From: an uncultured Alphaproteobacteria bacterium | Lineage (GTDB): Bacteria > Pseudomonadota > Alphaproteobacteria > Rs-D84 | Direction of reading: 5' to 3' | DNA: 64,000 nt | Assembly: GCA_944393245.1 (NCBI GenBank) | Contig: CALXZM010000003.1 | Coordinates: 103,838 to 167,837 of the forward strand | Shown: positions 39,670-49,026 of the stretch, piece after piece | Layout of the letters: each line of letters begins with the position of its first letter | Position numbering within the stretch: the first letter of the stretch is position 1 | Notes under the pieces: generated by a model | The model's database searches: none | The model's input: the letters and a program-made list of their open reading frames with translations, nothing else | What the model was told of the DNA's origin: nothing | Program-made: the position numbers and the translations under genes

Positions 39670-40320
39670 ATGAAAAAATTTTTTATCATATTGGCAATTA
39701 GTGTTGGAATTATAACAAGTGCTGACGCTACGTCTACGGTATCGCCTTGTACATCGATGTTAAGGCCATACGATTGTGGTAATAATTGTTGCGCTGCAAA
39801 TGCGGCCAGTTGCAAAACGCAATGTCCAAATATAGTAATAACGGAATGCGAAGGTTTGGTATGTGAAAATAAAATGACATGGACCAATTATGGTGATCCT
39901 GGAAAGCAGATAAAGTGTAATACGGCTTCAGATACCTGTGAATACCGTTGTAATCCAGATGGTTATTACAGAACCAGTGTTGGTGGTGGTTCGGCCATGC
40001 GATGTGCAGAATGCCCAGACAATGCAACATGTTCACAAGGGACAAGTGTATGCTGTAATCAGGGACATTATCCTGTAACAAATGTTTATATGGCCCCTGG
40101 ATTGACCGGCCAGATAACAGAATATACATGTCCATCTTGTCCAGGGTATTTGCGTTATTTATCTGCAACTTCACCAGCTGGGACGTATGTGCCTGGTACA
40201 ACGGATGCCGCTTCATGCCCTGCTGCTATAGGTGCGTGTTATATCCCCAGTGGGACATATTCTGGTGATATAACTGGCAGATTTCAGCTGACTGGTAAGT
40301 GTCACTATAAAGAATCATAA
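39670..40320 (+). CDS. Small secreted Cys-rich protein, family member C (216 aa)
   Basis: GGGGAGAAAC RBS. Signal peptide MKKFFIILAISVGIITSADA. 24 Cys. Shares CEYRCNPDGYY, CAECPDN, C-terminal GACYIPSGT...GRFQLTGKCHY with members A and B. Terminator 40338-40362. Confidence 0.7.
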   Translation: MKKFFIILAISVGIITSADATSTVSPCTSMLRPYDCGNNCCAANAASCKTQCPNIVITECEGLVCENKMTWTNYGDPGKQIKCNTASDTCEYRCNPDGYYRTSVGGGSAMRCAECPDNATCSQGTSVCCNQGHYPVTNVYMAPGLTGQITEYTCPSCPGYLRYLSATSPAGTYVPGTTDAASCPAAIGACYIPSGTYSGDITGRFQLTGKCHYKES

Positions 40321-40370
40321 TATGATACATGATACAGAAATCCCCATATTATGGGGATTTTTAATTTAAA

Positions 40371-40484
40371 ATCACCCACAAAATTATACAATTTTGCGGG
40401 GCCCGACAAATCACCCACAAAATTTTGCAATTTTGCGGGGCCCGACAAATCACCCACAAAATTTTGCAATTTTGCGGGGCCCGA
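40371..40484. repeat. Tandem direct repeat, 39-bp unit x 2.9 (ATCACCCACAAAATTTTGCAATTTTGCGGGGCCCGACAA)
   Basis: Units at 40371-40409 (2 mismatches), 40410-40448 and 40449-40484 (truncated). Each contains the palindrome CAAAATTTTG. Confidence 0.85.
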
Positions 40485-40555
40485 TGCTGGTCGGACTCTT
40501 TCTCGTCCGCCCATGGCCAAATAAAAAACACGCCAAAAGGCGTGCTTTTTATTTC

Positions 40556-40640
40556 TGGTGGCCCTGGTCGGACTCGAACCGACACTCCTTGCGGAACTTG
40601 ATTTTGAGTCAAGCGCGTCTACCAATTCCGCCACGGGGCC
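40556..40640 (-). tRNA. tRNA-Leu (anticodon CAA)
   Basis: Minus strand reads ggccccgtggcggaattggtagacgcgcttgaCTCAAAAtcaagttccgcaaggagtgtcggttcgagtccgaccagggccacca. Class II long variable arm. Encoded CCA. Bidirectional terminator 40523-40550. Confidence 0.85.
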
Positions 40641-40658
40641 AAAACGCGTTACGACAAA

Positions 40659-41033
40659 TTATTTTGTCGCCGCTGTGCGGGCCGCAACCTTTTTAACCAG
40701 GCGTGCACTGCGGTTCGCCTTGTGCGCTGGTTTTTTCGCGGGTTTTTCGCCGGCACCAATTTTTTTGTTTATCGCTTTTTTAATCGCCGCCATTTCCGGT
40801 GTTAAACGGGACGGGGATTTTGACATTACGTACGCGTCCAGTCCGCCATGCTTTGTCAATGTGCGCAGACCAGCCGTCGAAATACGCAGTGAAAAATCGC
40901 GATTTAAAATGTCGCTGTGAAATTTTAATTTTTGCAAATTTGGCAAGAATGTACGCTTTGTATGGCGTTCAGAATGGGATACATTCATACCCACCTGTGT
41001 CTTCTTACCTGTAACTTTACATACGCGTGGCAT
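40659..41033 (-). CDS. rpmB: 50S ribosomal protein L28 with Lys/Ala-rich C-terminal extension
   Basis: Start at MPRVCKVTGKK (AAGGA RBS); RTFLPNLQK core of L28; ~45-aa basic tail. Confidence 0.85.
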   Translation of the reverse strand: MPRVCKVTGKKTQVGMNVSHSERHTKRTFLPNLQKLKFHSDILNRDFSLRISTAGLRTLTKHGGLDAYVMSKSPSRLTPEMAAIKKAINKKIGAGEKPAKKPAHKANRSARLVKKVAARTAATK

Positions 41034-41252
41034 ATTATAATCCTTTAATAACTGCGGCATAATTTATACCAAAATTCCCGAAAAGTCAAGAATTGTTTTA
41101 CATATTTCTTGATTTTGGGATAACCGTTTTATTATATCAGATTTTTTTTGAAAATCTAATATTTTATGAATAATCAATGTTTTGATTCCTGTACCTTGAA
41201 TTTGTAAAAAATGCTACTATATATAGTAACAAATAAAAGGAGATTTTAGCAT

Positions 41253-43310
41253 ATGAATCCAGAAGAAATGCAGGAAACGCCAGAACAGGCGATTGCAAAA
41301 TATACCACTGATTTTACAAAATTGGCGGCGGATGGAAAATTGGATCCTGTTATCGGGCGCGATGAAGAAATTCGCCGCACTATTCAGGTGTTGTCACGTC
41401 GTACAAAAAATAATCCGGTGTTGATTGGTAACCCCGGGGTCGGTAAAACCGCAATAGTAGAAGGTTTGGCCGAACGAATCGTGTCGCGTGATGTTCCAGA
41501 AAATTTGTTAAATAAAAAATTATTGTCGTTGGATATGGGCGCGTTGATGGCCGGGGCTATGTTCCGTGGCCAATTCGAAGGACGTTTCAAGGCCATATTA
41601 AAAGCGGTCAAGGATTCCGACGGACAAATCATTTTGTTCATTGACGAATTGCATACCCTGGTCGGGGCAGGCAAGGGCGAAGGTTCAATGGACGCCGGTA
41701 ATTTGATAAAGCCTATGTTGGCGCGTGGTGAATTACACTGTCTGGGGGCAACAACATTGGATGAATATCGGCAATATATTGAAAAAGACCCCGCACTGGC
41801 GCGCAGATTTCAGCCTGTGTATGTTGATGAACCAACCGTTGATGATACGATTTCGATTTTACGCGGGTTAAAGGAAAAGTATGAAGGTCACCATGGGGTG
41901 CGGATTTCTGATGCCGCATTGGTGGCCGCGGTGCGATTGTCAAATCGTTATATCACCGACAGATTTCTGCCGGACAAGGCAATTGATTTAATTGATGAGG
42001 CTGCCGCACGCGTGCGTATTGAAATTGCGTCAAAGCCAGAAAAATTGGATGAAGTCGATCGGCATTTAATGCAACTGAAAATAGAACAGCAGGCGTTAAA
42101 GAAAGAAAAAGACGAAGAGTCTAAGAAACGACTGAAAGAATTAGATGCACTTATCAAAGAAACCGAGGCTGAATCAGAAAAGTTAACCGCACAATGGCGG
42201 ACTGAACAGGATAAAATGCGCGCACTGTCTGATGCAATGGCGGCGTTGGATGCGGCCAAGGCAGAAGTTGCCGCCGCAATGCGTAATGGCGATTATGAAA
42301 AGGCGTCCGCACTGCAATATGGCAAAATCCCAGAACTGGAAGAACAAATCCGTAAAATGAATGCGGATGCACGGGAATATAAAACTGTTTTGCCAGAACA
42401 TATCGCGGCCGTGGTTAGCAAGTGGACCGGGGTGCCAGCAGACAAGTTAAGTGTCGAAGAGCAATCTAAATTATTAAATATCGAAGATGAACTGCGTAAA
42501 CGTGTTGTTGGCCAGGATCATGCACTGACCGTGATTGCGCGGGCAATACGACGCAGTCGCGCGGGATTGGCGGATCCGCATCGCCCAATGGGCAGTTTCA
42601 TGTTCCTGGGGCCGACCGGCGTCGGCAAGACCGAAGTTGCCAAGGCGTTGGCAGAATACTTGTTTAACGATGATACCGCGATGACCCGTATTGATATGAG
42701 TGAATATATGGAACCGCATTCTGTATCACGTCTGATTGGCAGTCCCCCGGGGTATGTCGGTTATGAACAGGGTGGCGTTTTGACCGAAAGTGTTCGCCGT
42801 CGTCCGTACCAGGTATTGTTATTTGATGAAATCGAAAAGGCAAATCCTGACGTATTTAATGTATTTTTACAAATACTGGACGATGGGCGTTTAACCGACG
42901 GCCAGGGACATGTGGTGAATTTTACAAACACCATTATAATTATGACCAGCAATCTGCCTGATATGGCGGCGGTAAAGAAACATTTCCGTCCGGAATTTAT
43001 AAACCGTATCGATGAAATTGTGTTCTTTAACCCATTGGGCAAAGATGTAATGGCTGGGATTGTAAAGATTCAGTTGCATAATCTGGAAAAACGTCTGGCA
43101 GATAGACGTATCGGACTGGAAGTATCGGACAAAGCGGTTAAATGGCTGGGGGACAATGGATATGACCCTGTATTCGGTGCGCGACCGTTAAAACGACTGA
43201 TTACATCAGCAGTAGAGGATAAAATTGCAGATTTGATTTTATCTGGTCAAATAAGCGATGGCAGCACCGTATACGTTGATGTTCATGGCAAGGATTTGAT
43301 TGTTAAATAA
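41253..43310 (+). CDS. clpB: Chaperone ClpB, natively N-domain-less (685 aa)
   Basis: Begins at the conserved pre-NBD1 segment ([29 protein letters not shown]); both Walker A sites ([16 protein letters not shown]); middle coiled-coil. Strong AAAGGAG RBS. Only 190 bp separate it from rpmB, so no room for an N-domain. Confidence 0.88.
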   Translation: MNPEEMQETPEQAIAKYTTDFTKLAADGKLDPVIGRDEEIRRTIQVLSRRTKNNPVLIGNPGVGKTAIVEGLAERIVSRDVPENLLNKKLLSLDMGALMAGAMFRGQFEGRFKAILKAVKDSDGQIILFIDELHTLVGAGKGEGSMDAGNLIKPMLARGELHCLGATTLDEYRQYIEKDPALARRFQPVYVDEPTVDDTISILRGLKEKYEGHHGVRISDAALVAAVRLSNRYITDRFLPDKAIDLIDEAAARVRIEIASKPEKLDEVDRHLMQLKIEQQALKKEKDEESKKRLKELDALIKETEAESEKLTAQWRTEQDKMRALSDAMAALDAAKAEVAAAMRNGDYEKASALQYGKIPELEEQIRKMNADAREYKTVLPEHIAAVVSKWTGVPADKLSVEEQSKLLNIEDELRKRVVGQDHALTVIARAIRRSRAGLADPHRPMGSFMFLGPTGVGKTEVAKALAEYLFNDDTAMTRIDMSEYMEPHSVSRLIGSPPGYVGYEQGGVLTESVRRRPYQVLLFDEIEKANPDVFNVFLQILDDGRLTDGQGHVVNFTNTIIIMTSNLPDMAAVKKHFRPEFINRIDEIVFFNPLGKDVMAGIVKIQLHNLEKRLADRRIGLEVSDKAVKWLGDNGYDPVFGARPLKRLITSAVEDKIADLILSGQISDGSTVYVDVHGKDLIVK

Positions 43311-43346
43311 TAAACGGGGCGTTTGCCCCGTTTTTATTTATTATAA

Positions 43347-45164
43347 TTATTTCTTTTGCTTGTTCGCGGTGAATTGAATATCGCGCAGTTTTTTATATTC
43401 GCCATTTAATGCAACCAGTTCTGCATCTGTTCCCTGTTCAACAATATGGCCGTCCTTTACAACACATATTATGTCGGCGTCCAATATGGTTGACAATCTG
43501 TGCGCAATTACAAATGTGGTGCGACCGCGCATTAAATCACGTAATGCAGATTGAATTTGTTTTTCGCTTTGCGTGTCCAGTGCGGATGTGGCTTCGTCCA
43601 GTAATAAAATTGGTGCATCTTTTAATATTGCACGGGCGATGGCGATTCGTTGTTTTTGCCCACCAGACAGTAATGCGCCCCCTTCGCCGACAATGGATTT
43701 ATACTTGTGCGGAAATGCCATTATGAAATCGTGGGCGTTGGCGGCACGGGCGGCGGCCATTACTTGGTCTGGTGTGGCGTTCGGCGCACCATATTTTATA
43801 TTATCTTCGATTGTGCCGTTGAATAAAAATACATCCTGGGATACTTCGGCAATGTTATTGCGTAATGAACGCAGGGTGTATTTGCGTATATCTGTGTTAT
43901 TTATTTCTATGCGGCCACGTTGGGGATCATAAAAGCGTTCAATTAAATTAAACATTGTCGTTTTGCCACCACCAGATGGACCGACCAAGGCGCATACCTT
44001 GCCAGCGGGGACATTCAGGTTTACGTCACGCAAAACCGGTTCGTCGGGAACATATGAAAAATATACATGGTTAAATTTAACCGACATTTTGCCCGGCTTT
44101 AATTCAATGGCGTTCGGGGAATCAACAATTTCAGGTTTGCTGTCCAGGAAATTAAACAGAACTTCGGCCGCCAATAATCCGTGTTGAACAGTGTTGCTGG
44201 TGCTGGTAATGCTGCGCGCGGGTTTGTATGCCGCAGTTAACGCCAATAAAAATGCAGTAAAATCACCGGTTGTTATCGCGCCATTTACAATAAAATGACC
44301 ACCCGCAATCAATGCCAAACACAGACCAATTGAAATCATTAATTCCAATAATGGCGATTGCAGGGCAAAAGCCTGGGTGCCTTTGTACGAATTTACCATT
44401 GAAGAATTTAATACTGTTTCAAATTTTTTGGTTTCTGTGTCTTCGTTTGCGAATGCCTGAATGGTTTTTATGCCGTGCAATGTTTGGTTCAAATGTTGGG
44501 ATACGTCATTTGCGATGCCAAATGATTCACGCGACAATTTGCGGCGCCGACGCATAATTAATACCATTGGAATCATTATTGCCGGCACCAGGAACAGTAA
44601 TACCGCACATAATTGTGGGGCATAATAAATCATCAATCCCAATGTCATGGCCAGCGTGGCGATTTGCTGAACCGTGCTGATAAGTGTGCCGGTAACCAGA
44701 TTTAATACGGCCCCAGCCTGGACACTGAAATAATTTAGATGTTTACCAATGCCGTCACCATAAAATTTTGCAATGTTCATTGTTACCATGTGACTGTATA
44801 TGCGTTTTTGCAAATCAGCACTGGCGTTCAGGCCGGCCTTGGCCATTAATAATGATTTGGCGTAACTAAATACGCCCTTGAACCCAAATGCGGCGATAAC
44901 TTGCAGACCAAAAAAGTATATGTTGGCCATGCTTTTTTGAATAAATGCCTTGTCCACAACCTGTTGAACCAGGGTAATGGTGTATGCTTCGGCCCCGGCG
45001 GCACATATTGTTGCAATTATGCCAGCCAACAGCCATTTCCATTGTGGTTTGCCAATTTCACGCCATACACGTCCGTATAATGACCATTTTATGCGACTGT
45101 TGTTTTCGTCGCCCTTGACAAGTTTTTTTATATTTTTCTTTATATTCTGTAACATAACAGCCAT
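43347..45164 (-). CDS. msbA: ABC transporter, fused permease/ATPase (MsbA-like lipid exporter)
   Basis: Six-TM domain then Walker A GPSGGGKTT, signature LSGGQKQR, Walker B ILLLDEATSALD. Start uncertain: ORF opens with GTG at 45209, ATG candidates at 45164 and 45155. Confidence 0.8.
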   Translation of the reverse strand: MAVMLQNIKKNIKKLVKGDENNSRIKWSLYGRVWREIGKPQWKWLLAGIIATICAAGAEAYTITLVQQVVDKAFIQKSMANIYFFGLQVIAAFGFKGVFSYAKSLLMAKAGLNASADLQKRIYSHMVTMNIAKFYGDGIGKHLNYFSVQAGAVLNLVTGTLISTVQQIATLAMTLGLMIYYAPQLCAVLLFLVPAIMIPMVLIMRRRRKLSRESFGIANDVSQHLNQTLHGIKTIQAFANEDTETKKFETVLNSSMVNSYKGTQAFALQSPLLELMISIGLCLALIAGGHFIVNGAITTGDFTAFLLALTAAYKPARSITSTSNTVQHGLLAAEVLFNFLDSKPEIVDSPNAIELKPGKMSVKFNHVYFSYVPDEPVLRDVNLNVPAGKVCALVGPSGGGKTTMFNLIERFYDPQRGRIEINNTDIRKYTLRSLRNNIAEVSQDVFLFNGTIEDNIKYGAPNATPDQVMAAARAANAHDFIMAFPHKYKSIVGEGGALLSGGQKQRIAIARAILKDAPILLLDEATSALDTQSEKQIQSALRDLMRGRTTFVIAHRLSTILDADIICVVKDGHIVEQGTDAELVALNGEYKKLRDIQFTANKQKK

Positions 45165-45303
45165 TATAAAATGTACATTATTTTCTGTCCAGTGAAAGAT
45201 TTTTGTCACATTTTTGCATTTTTAATTTGACAATATTATCAAAAGTGTATAAAATTCGTGGGCTTTCAAAGAAATTTGTGGCAAAATTAAATTGTAAAGT
45301 TTT

Positions 45304-45379
45304 GGGGTTGTAGCTCAGTTGGTAGAGCACCTGCTTTGCAAGCAGGGGGTCGTCAGTTCGAGTCTGATCAGCTCCACCA
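45304..45379 (+). tRNA. tRNA-Ala (anticodon TGC)
   Basis: ggggttgtagctcagttggtagagcacctgcttTGCaagcagggggtcgtcagttcgagtctgatcagctccacca; G3:U70 identity pair present; encoded CCA. Confidence 0.92.
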
Positions 45380-45414
45380 CAAAATGCAGATGCGTTAAAG
45401 GGGGTGAATATACG

Positions 45415-45621
45415 ATGGTGAAAGTTCTGGTTCGCGATAATAATGTCGAACAGGCGTTGCGCGTTGCAAAACGTAAATCTCAGAAAGAGGGCCTGTACCG
45501 CGAAATGAAAGAACGTCAGCGTTATGAAAAACCAACAACTAAACGCAAACGTTTAAAGGAAGAGGCCGTACGTAACGAAAAAAAACGTCAATCGAAACAG
45601 CGTATGGTTTTCGGATTCTAA
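45415..45621 (+). CDS. rpsU: 30S ribosomal protein S21
   Basis: [46 protein letters not shown]; GGGGGTGA RBS. The ORF-track N-extension overlaps the tRNA. Terminator 45623-45650. Confidence 0.9.
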   Translation: MVKVLVRDNNVEQALRVAKRKSQKEGLYREMKERQRYEKPTTKRKRLKEEAVRNEKKRQSKQRMVFGF

Positions 45622-45696
45622 TAAAAATCGCCCATTTGGGCGATTTTTATTTTCGCTGTTTATATGATATAATACCCATATAACAAAGGATGTTTT

Positions 45697-46194
45697 ATGC
45701 CAGCAAAAACAAAAAAATCACAAAAATCGTCCAAACAAATTTTAGACAGTAAAAAATATACTAATATGTTGGAAGCATATGGTGCTTTCTGGCGTCGAGG
45801 CTTTACTGAATGGGCCGGTACCTCTTCGCGTTCCGAATATTGGTGGTCGTATTTGATGACATGGTTGATAGCGGCTCTTTTGGCAGTACTTATCATTATT
45901 AGCACATTGTCTTATTCATCATTAGAAACAGAAATTGTCTTTTCTCCTATGTCCGCAATTTTGTCTTTTGGTTTGATAATATTTTTGTTGGCGTCACTTA
46001 TACCATCAATTTCAATGACTGCCAGACGTTTGCATGATGCTGGTTTAAGTGCATGGTGGTTGTTATTGCTGTTGTTAAACCTGATATGTGAACCGCTTAG
46101 CATAATCATCAGCATTGTATTTTTTATCTTTGCTGTTTTACCAACAAAAGCGGAAGGAAACCCGTATCACAAGTTCAATAAAGAAAATAAATAA
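45697..46194 (+). CDS. DUF805-family inner-membrane protein
   Basis: RSEYWW motif and three TM helices typical of DUF805 (YhaH-like). Terminator 46194-46222. Confidence 0.65.
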   Translation: MPAKTKKSQKSSKQILDSKKYTNMLEAYGAFWRRGFTEWAGTSSRSEYWWSYLMTWLIAALLAVLIIISTLSYSSLETEIVFSPMSAILSFGLIIFLLASLIPSISMTARRLHDAGLSAWWLLLLLLNLICEPLSIIISIVFFIFAVLPTKAEGNPYHKFNKENK

Positions 46195-46219
46195 AAAATC
46201 CGGTCAACAGACCGGTTTT

Positions 46220-48997
46220 TTATTTGCCCCAAAATTTGCCGATTACATAATCTGCCGCCAATGGAACTGATAATTTTGAAACGGTTTCCATGGTGTTTTC
46301 TATTTTTTTTGCAAATTCGTCGGCCATGTTTTCATCGCATTCAAATATGATTTCATCGTGTACCTGCATAATCATGCGAATTTTATCGGCGTTTGGTTGT
46401 ATGATGTCGCGGTCCAGATTTACCATTGCACGCCGCATCAGGTCGGCTTCATATCCCTGAATTGGGGCATTAACCGCGGCACGCATGGCGTATGCACGTG
46501 TGCGGGGATTTTTTACTTCTGGTAATTCTATTCTGCGGCCCCATGGGGTATAAACACATGCATGTGTCATTGCAAAATTTTTTATGTATTCAATATATTC
46601 CTGTATTTCCGGCAGTCCAGCCATATATGCGTCGATTATTTTTTGCGCATCGGTGCGTGATATGCCCAATTGGTTTGCCAATCCAAACGATGATATTCCA
46701 TATATAATTGAAAAGTTTACAGTTTTGGCGGCGCGCCTTAATTCTTTTGGTACGGGCGAATCGTTTGGAATGCCAAATATTTGACGTGCCGTTTGTTCGT
46801 GAATATCTGTGCCTGCATTGAACGTTTCTTTGAAAGTATGAACATTTGCAACGTCCGCCAACAAGCGCAGTTGAATTTGTGAATAATCGGCAGATATCAG
46901 TACGCGACCCGCCGGCGCAATAAAGCATTTGCGGATTTCTTCGCCCAGTTCGGTTTTTATCGGTATATTTTGCAGGTTTGGATCGCGGCTGGACAGACGG
47001 CCTGTATTCGTGCTGGTTTGTAAATATGTTGTATGAATGCGACCATCAGATGCAATTTGGCGCGGCAATGCGTCGGCGTATGTGCCAGCCAGTTTTGCGA
47101 TTGAACGCCAATTTAGTATTTTTTCAATTACTGGGTGGGTATCAATTAAATCATTTAATGCGTCTGCATCTGTGGAACGTTTGCGATTGGCCGGCAATTG
47201 CAATTCATCAAATAAAACAGCCCCCAGTTGCTTTGGACTGGCAATATTAAATTCGTGACCGGCCAATTGCCATATATCTGATTCTAGTGTAGTTAATTGT
47301 TCATGGAATACATTTGATAATTGTTGCAGACCATTTTTATTAACCAATACCCCAGTGCGTTCCATTTTCATTAAAATTGGCATTAACGGTAAATCACATT
47401 TGTCATATAATTCATGTAATTTTTCGTTTTTATCCAATTGGGGCCGCATCAGGTTATATAACGCCATGGTTATGGTTGCATCTTCGGCGGCATATGGGGT
47501 GGCGGTTTCAATGGGCAATAAATCAAAGTGCATATCTGCATCCCGGGTTTTGGGTGGAAACAGTGATGCAAATGATATATTTGTATGTGCCAGATATTTT
47601 TGTGCCAATTCATCCAAACCGTGCCCATGCAATGTCCCATGCAATGCATATGATAACAACATTGTATCGTCAATCGGGGCGATTTCTGATGTGTTCCATC
47701 CTGCATTTTCAAACATGTGAAAATCGTATTTCAGATTGTGCCCAATTTTTACTATATTTTTATTTGTAAATATTGGCCACAATTTTGCATGTACTGTTTT
47801 TATATCTAGTTGATTTGGGGCGATTTTATTTTCTGTGAATAAATCATTACTTGCCGTGCGATGACGCAGTGGAATATATACACCATGTGTGTCGTTTGTG
47901 GCCAATGATATTCCGACAATTTGCGCATCCAGGTAATTTAGACCGGTTGTTTCTGTATCAATGGATATCTTGTTAGTTATGGTTTTTATAAAATTATCCA
48001 GTTCGTCTGCTGTTGTGATTGTGTCATATGTTAATTTACGTGTTGTCACATTTTGTGGGGTGGGTTGCGATTCGTCGCCAGTTTCACATACAGACCCGGC
48101 AAAATCAAATGCCGCGGGGTGGGGGGCACCATTGAATTTTTCCAATGGAAACAATTTTTCTATTCTGGCCGCCAAAGAATTACTTTCCAGTTTTTCACGC
48201 ACAAATTGTAATGCGTTTGGCGTATTGAACACAAACGGTTCTATTTTTAGCCCAGTTAAATCAACATCTGTTTTTAATGTTACCAGTTTTTTTGATATAT
48301 ATGCGCTGTCGCGGTTGTCACGTAATAAATTGCGGGTGCGTTCGTTTTTTATGTCGTCCAGGTGGGCGTATAATTCATCCAATGATCCAAACTGATTTAT
48401 CAATTCAGACGCCTTTTTCGGCCCAATACCAGGGACGCCAGGGACATTATCAGACGAATCGCCCATTAAACTTTGTACGTCAATAACCTGGTCTGGGCGA
48501 ACGCCGAATTTTTCCAGTACCTGGGGCGCGCGGATTTCACGTTCCTTCATCCCGTCATACAAAAATACGCAATCTGATACCAATTGCATTAAATCTTTGT
48601 CACTGGTAATTATGCGCGTTGCGTCATGGCCAGTACAATTTTCATGTGCCAGGGTTGCGATGACGTCGTCGGCTTCTACCCCTGGGATACATAATACAGG
48701 GATACCCATTGCGGCAACACCGGAACGTACCAAGTATGATTGTGAAATTAAATCCGCAGGTGTTTCGGTACGATTGGCCTTGTACGCGGGGAAAATGTCC
48801 TGGCGAAAGGAAATTCGCGATGCATCAAAAATACATACAAACGAATCGTTTGGTTTGGCCGCCGCCAGTATTGGTAACACCATATTGAAAAAACCGTAAA
48901 CCGCACCAGTTGGTGTGCCGTCGCTGCGTGTAAGACGACTGTGCACACCATAATATGCACGAAATAATATGGAATTTCCATCAATCAGTGTCAGCAT
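46220..48997 (-). CDS. polA: DNA polymerase I
   Basis: 5'-3' exonuclease N-terminus (LIDGNSILFRAYYG), 3'-5' exonuclease, polymerase motifs A/B/C (RRAAKTVNFSIIYG, QVHDEIIFE). Confidence 0.95.
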   Translation of the reverse strand: MLTLIDGNSILFRAYYGVHSRLTRSDGTPTGAVYGFFNMVLPILAAAKPNDSFVCIFDASRISFRQDIFPAYKANRTETPADLISQSYLVRSGVAAMGIPVLCIPGVEADDVIATLAHENCTGHDATRIITSDKDLMQLVSDCVFLYDGMKEREIRAPQVLEKFGVRPDQVIDVQSLMGDSSDNVPGVPGIGPKKASELINQFGSLDELYAHLDDIKNERTRNLLRDNRDSAYISKKLVTLKTDVDLTGLKIEPFVFNTPNALQFVREKLESNSLAARIEKLFPLEKFNGAPHPAAFDFAGSVCETGDESQPTPQNVTTRKLTYDTITTADELDNFIKTITNKISIDTETTGLNYLDAQIVGISLATNDTHGVYIPLRHRTASNDLFTENKIAPNQLDIKTVHAKLWPIFTNKNIVKIGHNLKYDFHMFENAGWNTSEIAPIDDTMLLSYALHGTLHGHGLDELAQKYLAHTNISFASLFPPKTRDADMHFDLLPIETATPYAAEDATITMALYNLMRPQLDKNEKLHELYDKCDLPLMPILMKMERTGVLVNKNGLQQLSNVFHEQLTTLESDIWQLAGHEFNIASPKQLGAVLFDELQLPANRKRSTDADALNDLIDTHPVIEKILNWRSIAKLAGTYADALPRQIASDGRIHTTYLQTSTNTGRLSSRDPNLQNIPIKTELGEEIRKCFIAPAGRVLISADYSQIQLRLLADVANVHTFKETFNAGTDIHEQTARQIFGIPNDSPVPKELRRAAKTVNFSIIYGISSFGLANQLGISRTDAQKIIDAYMAGLPEIQEYIEYIKNFAMTHACVYTPWGRRIELPEVKNPRTRAYAMRAAVNAPIQGYEADLMRRAMVNLDRDIIQPNADKIRMIMQVHDEIIFECDENMADEFAKKIENTMETVSKLSVPLAADYVIGKFWGK

Positions 48998-49026
48998 GTT
49001 TGCCCCGCGTGTGTTATGGTGTTGTG

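Noticed and set aside
40371-40484. Tandem repeat considered as a CRISPR array
   Set aside because: Units abut with no unique spacers, there are only 2.9 copies, and there are no cas genes, so this is not a CRISPR array.
40487-40498. 12-bp copy (ctggtcggactc) of the tRNA-Leu(CAA) 3' end, ~55 bp downstream of the tRNA, considered as an integrative-element att remnant
   Set aside because: The match is only 12 bp and nothing island-like sits between it and the tRNA, so it may be chance. A remnant is possible, but the evidence is too thin to call.
45319-45414. N-terminal 32-codon extension of rpsU in the ORF track
   Set aside because: The extension runs through tRNA-Ala. The real start is the ATG at 45415, which has a GGGGGTGA RBS.
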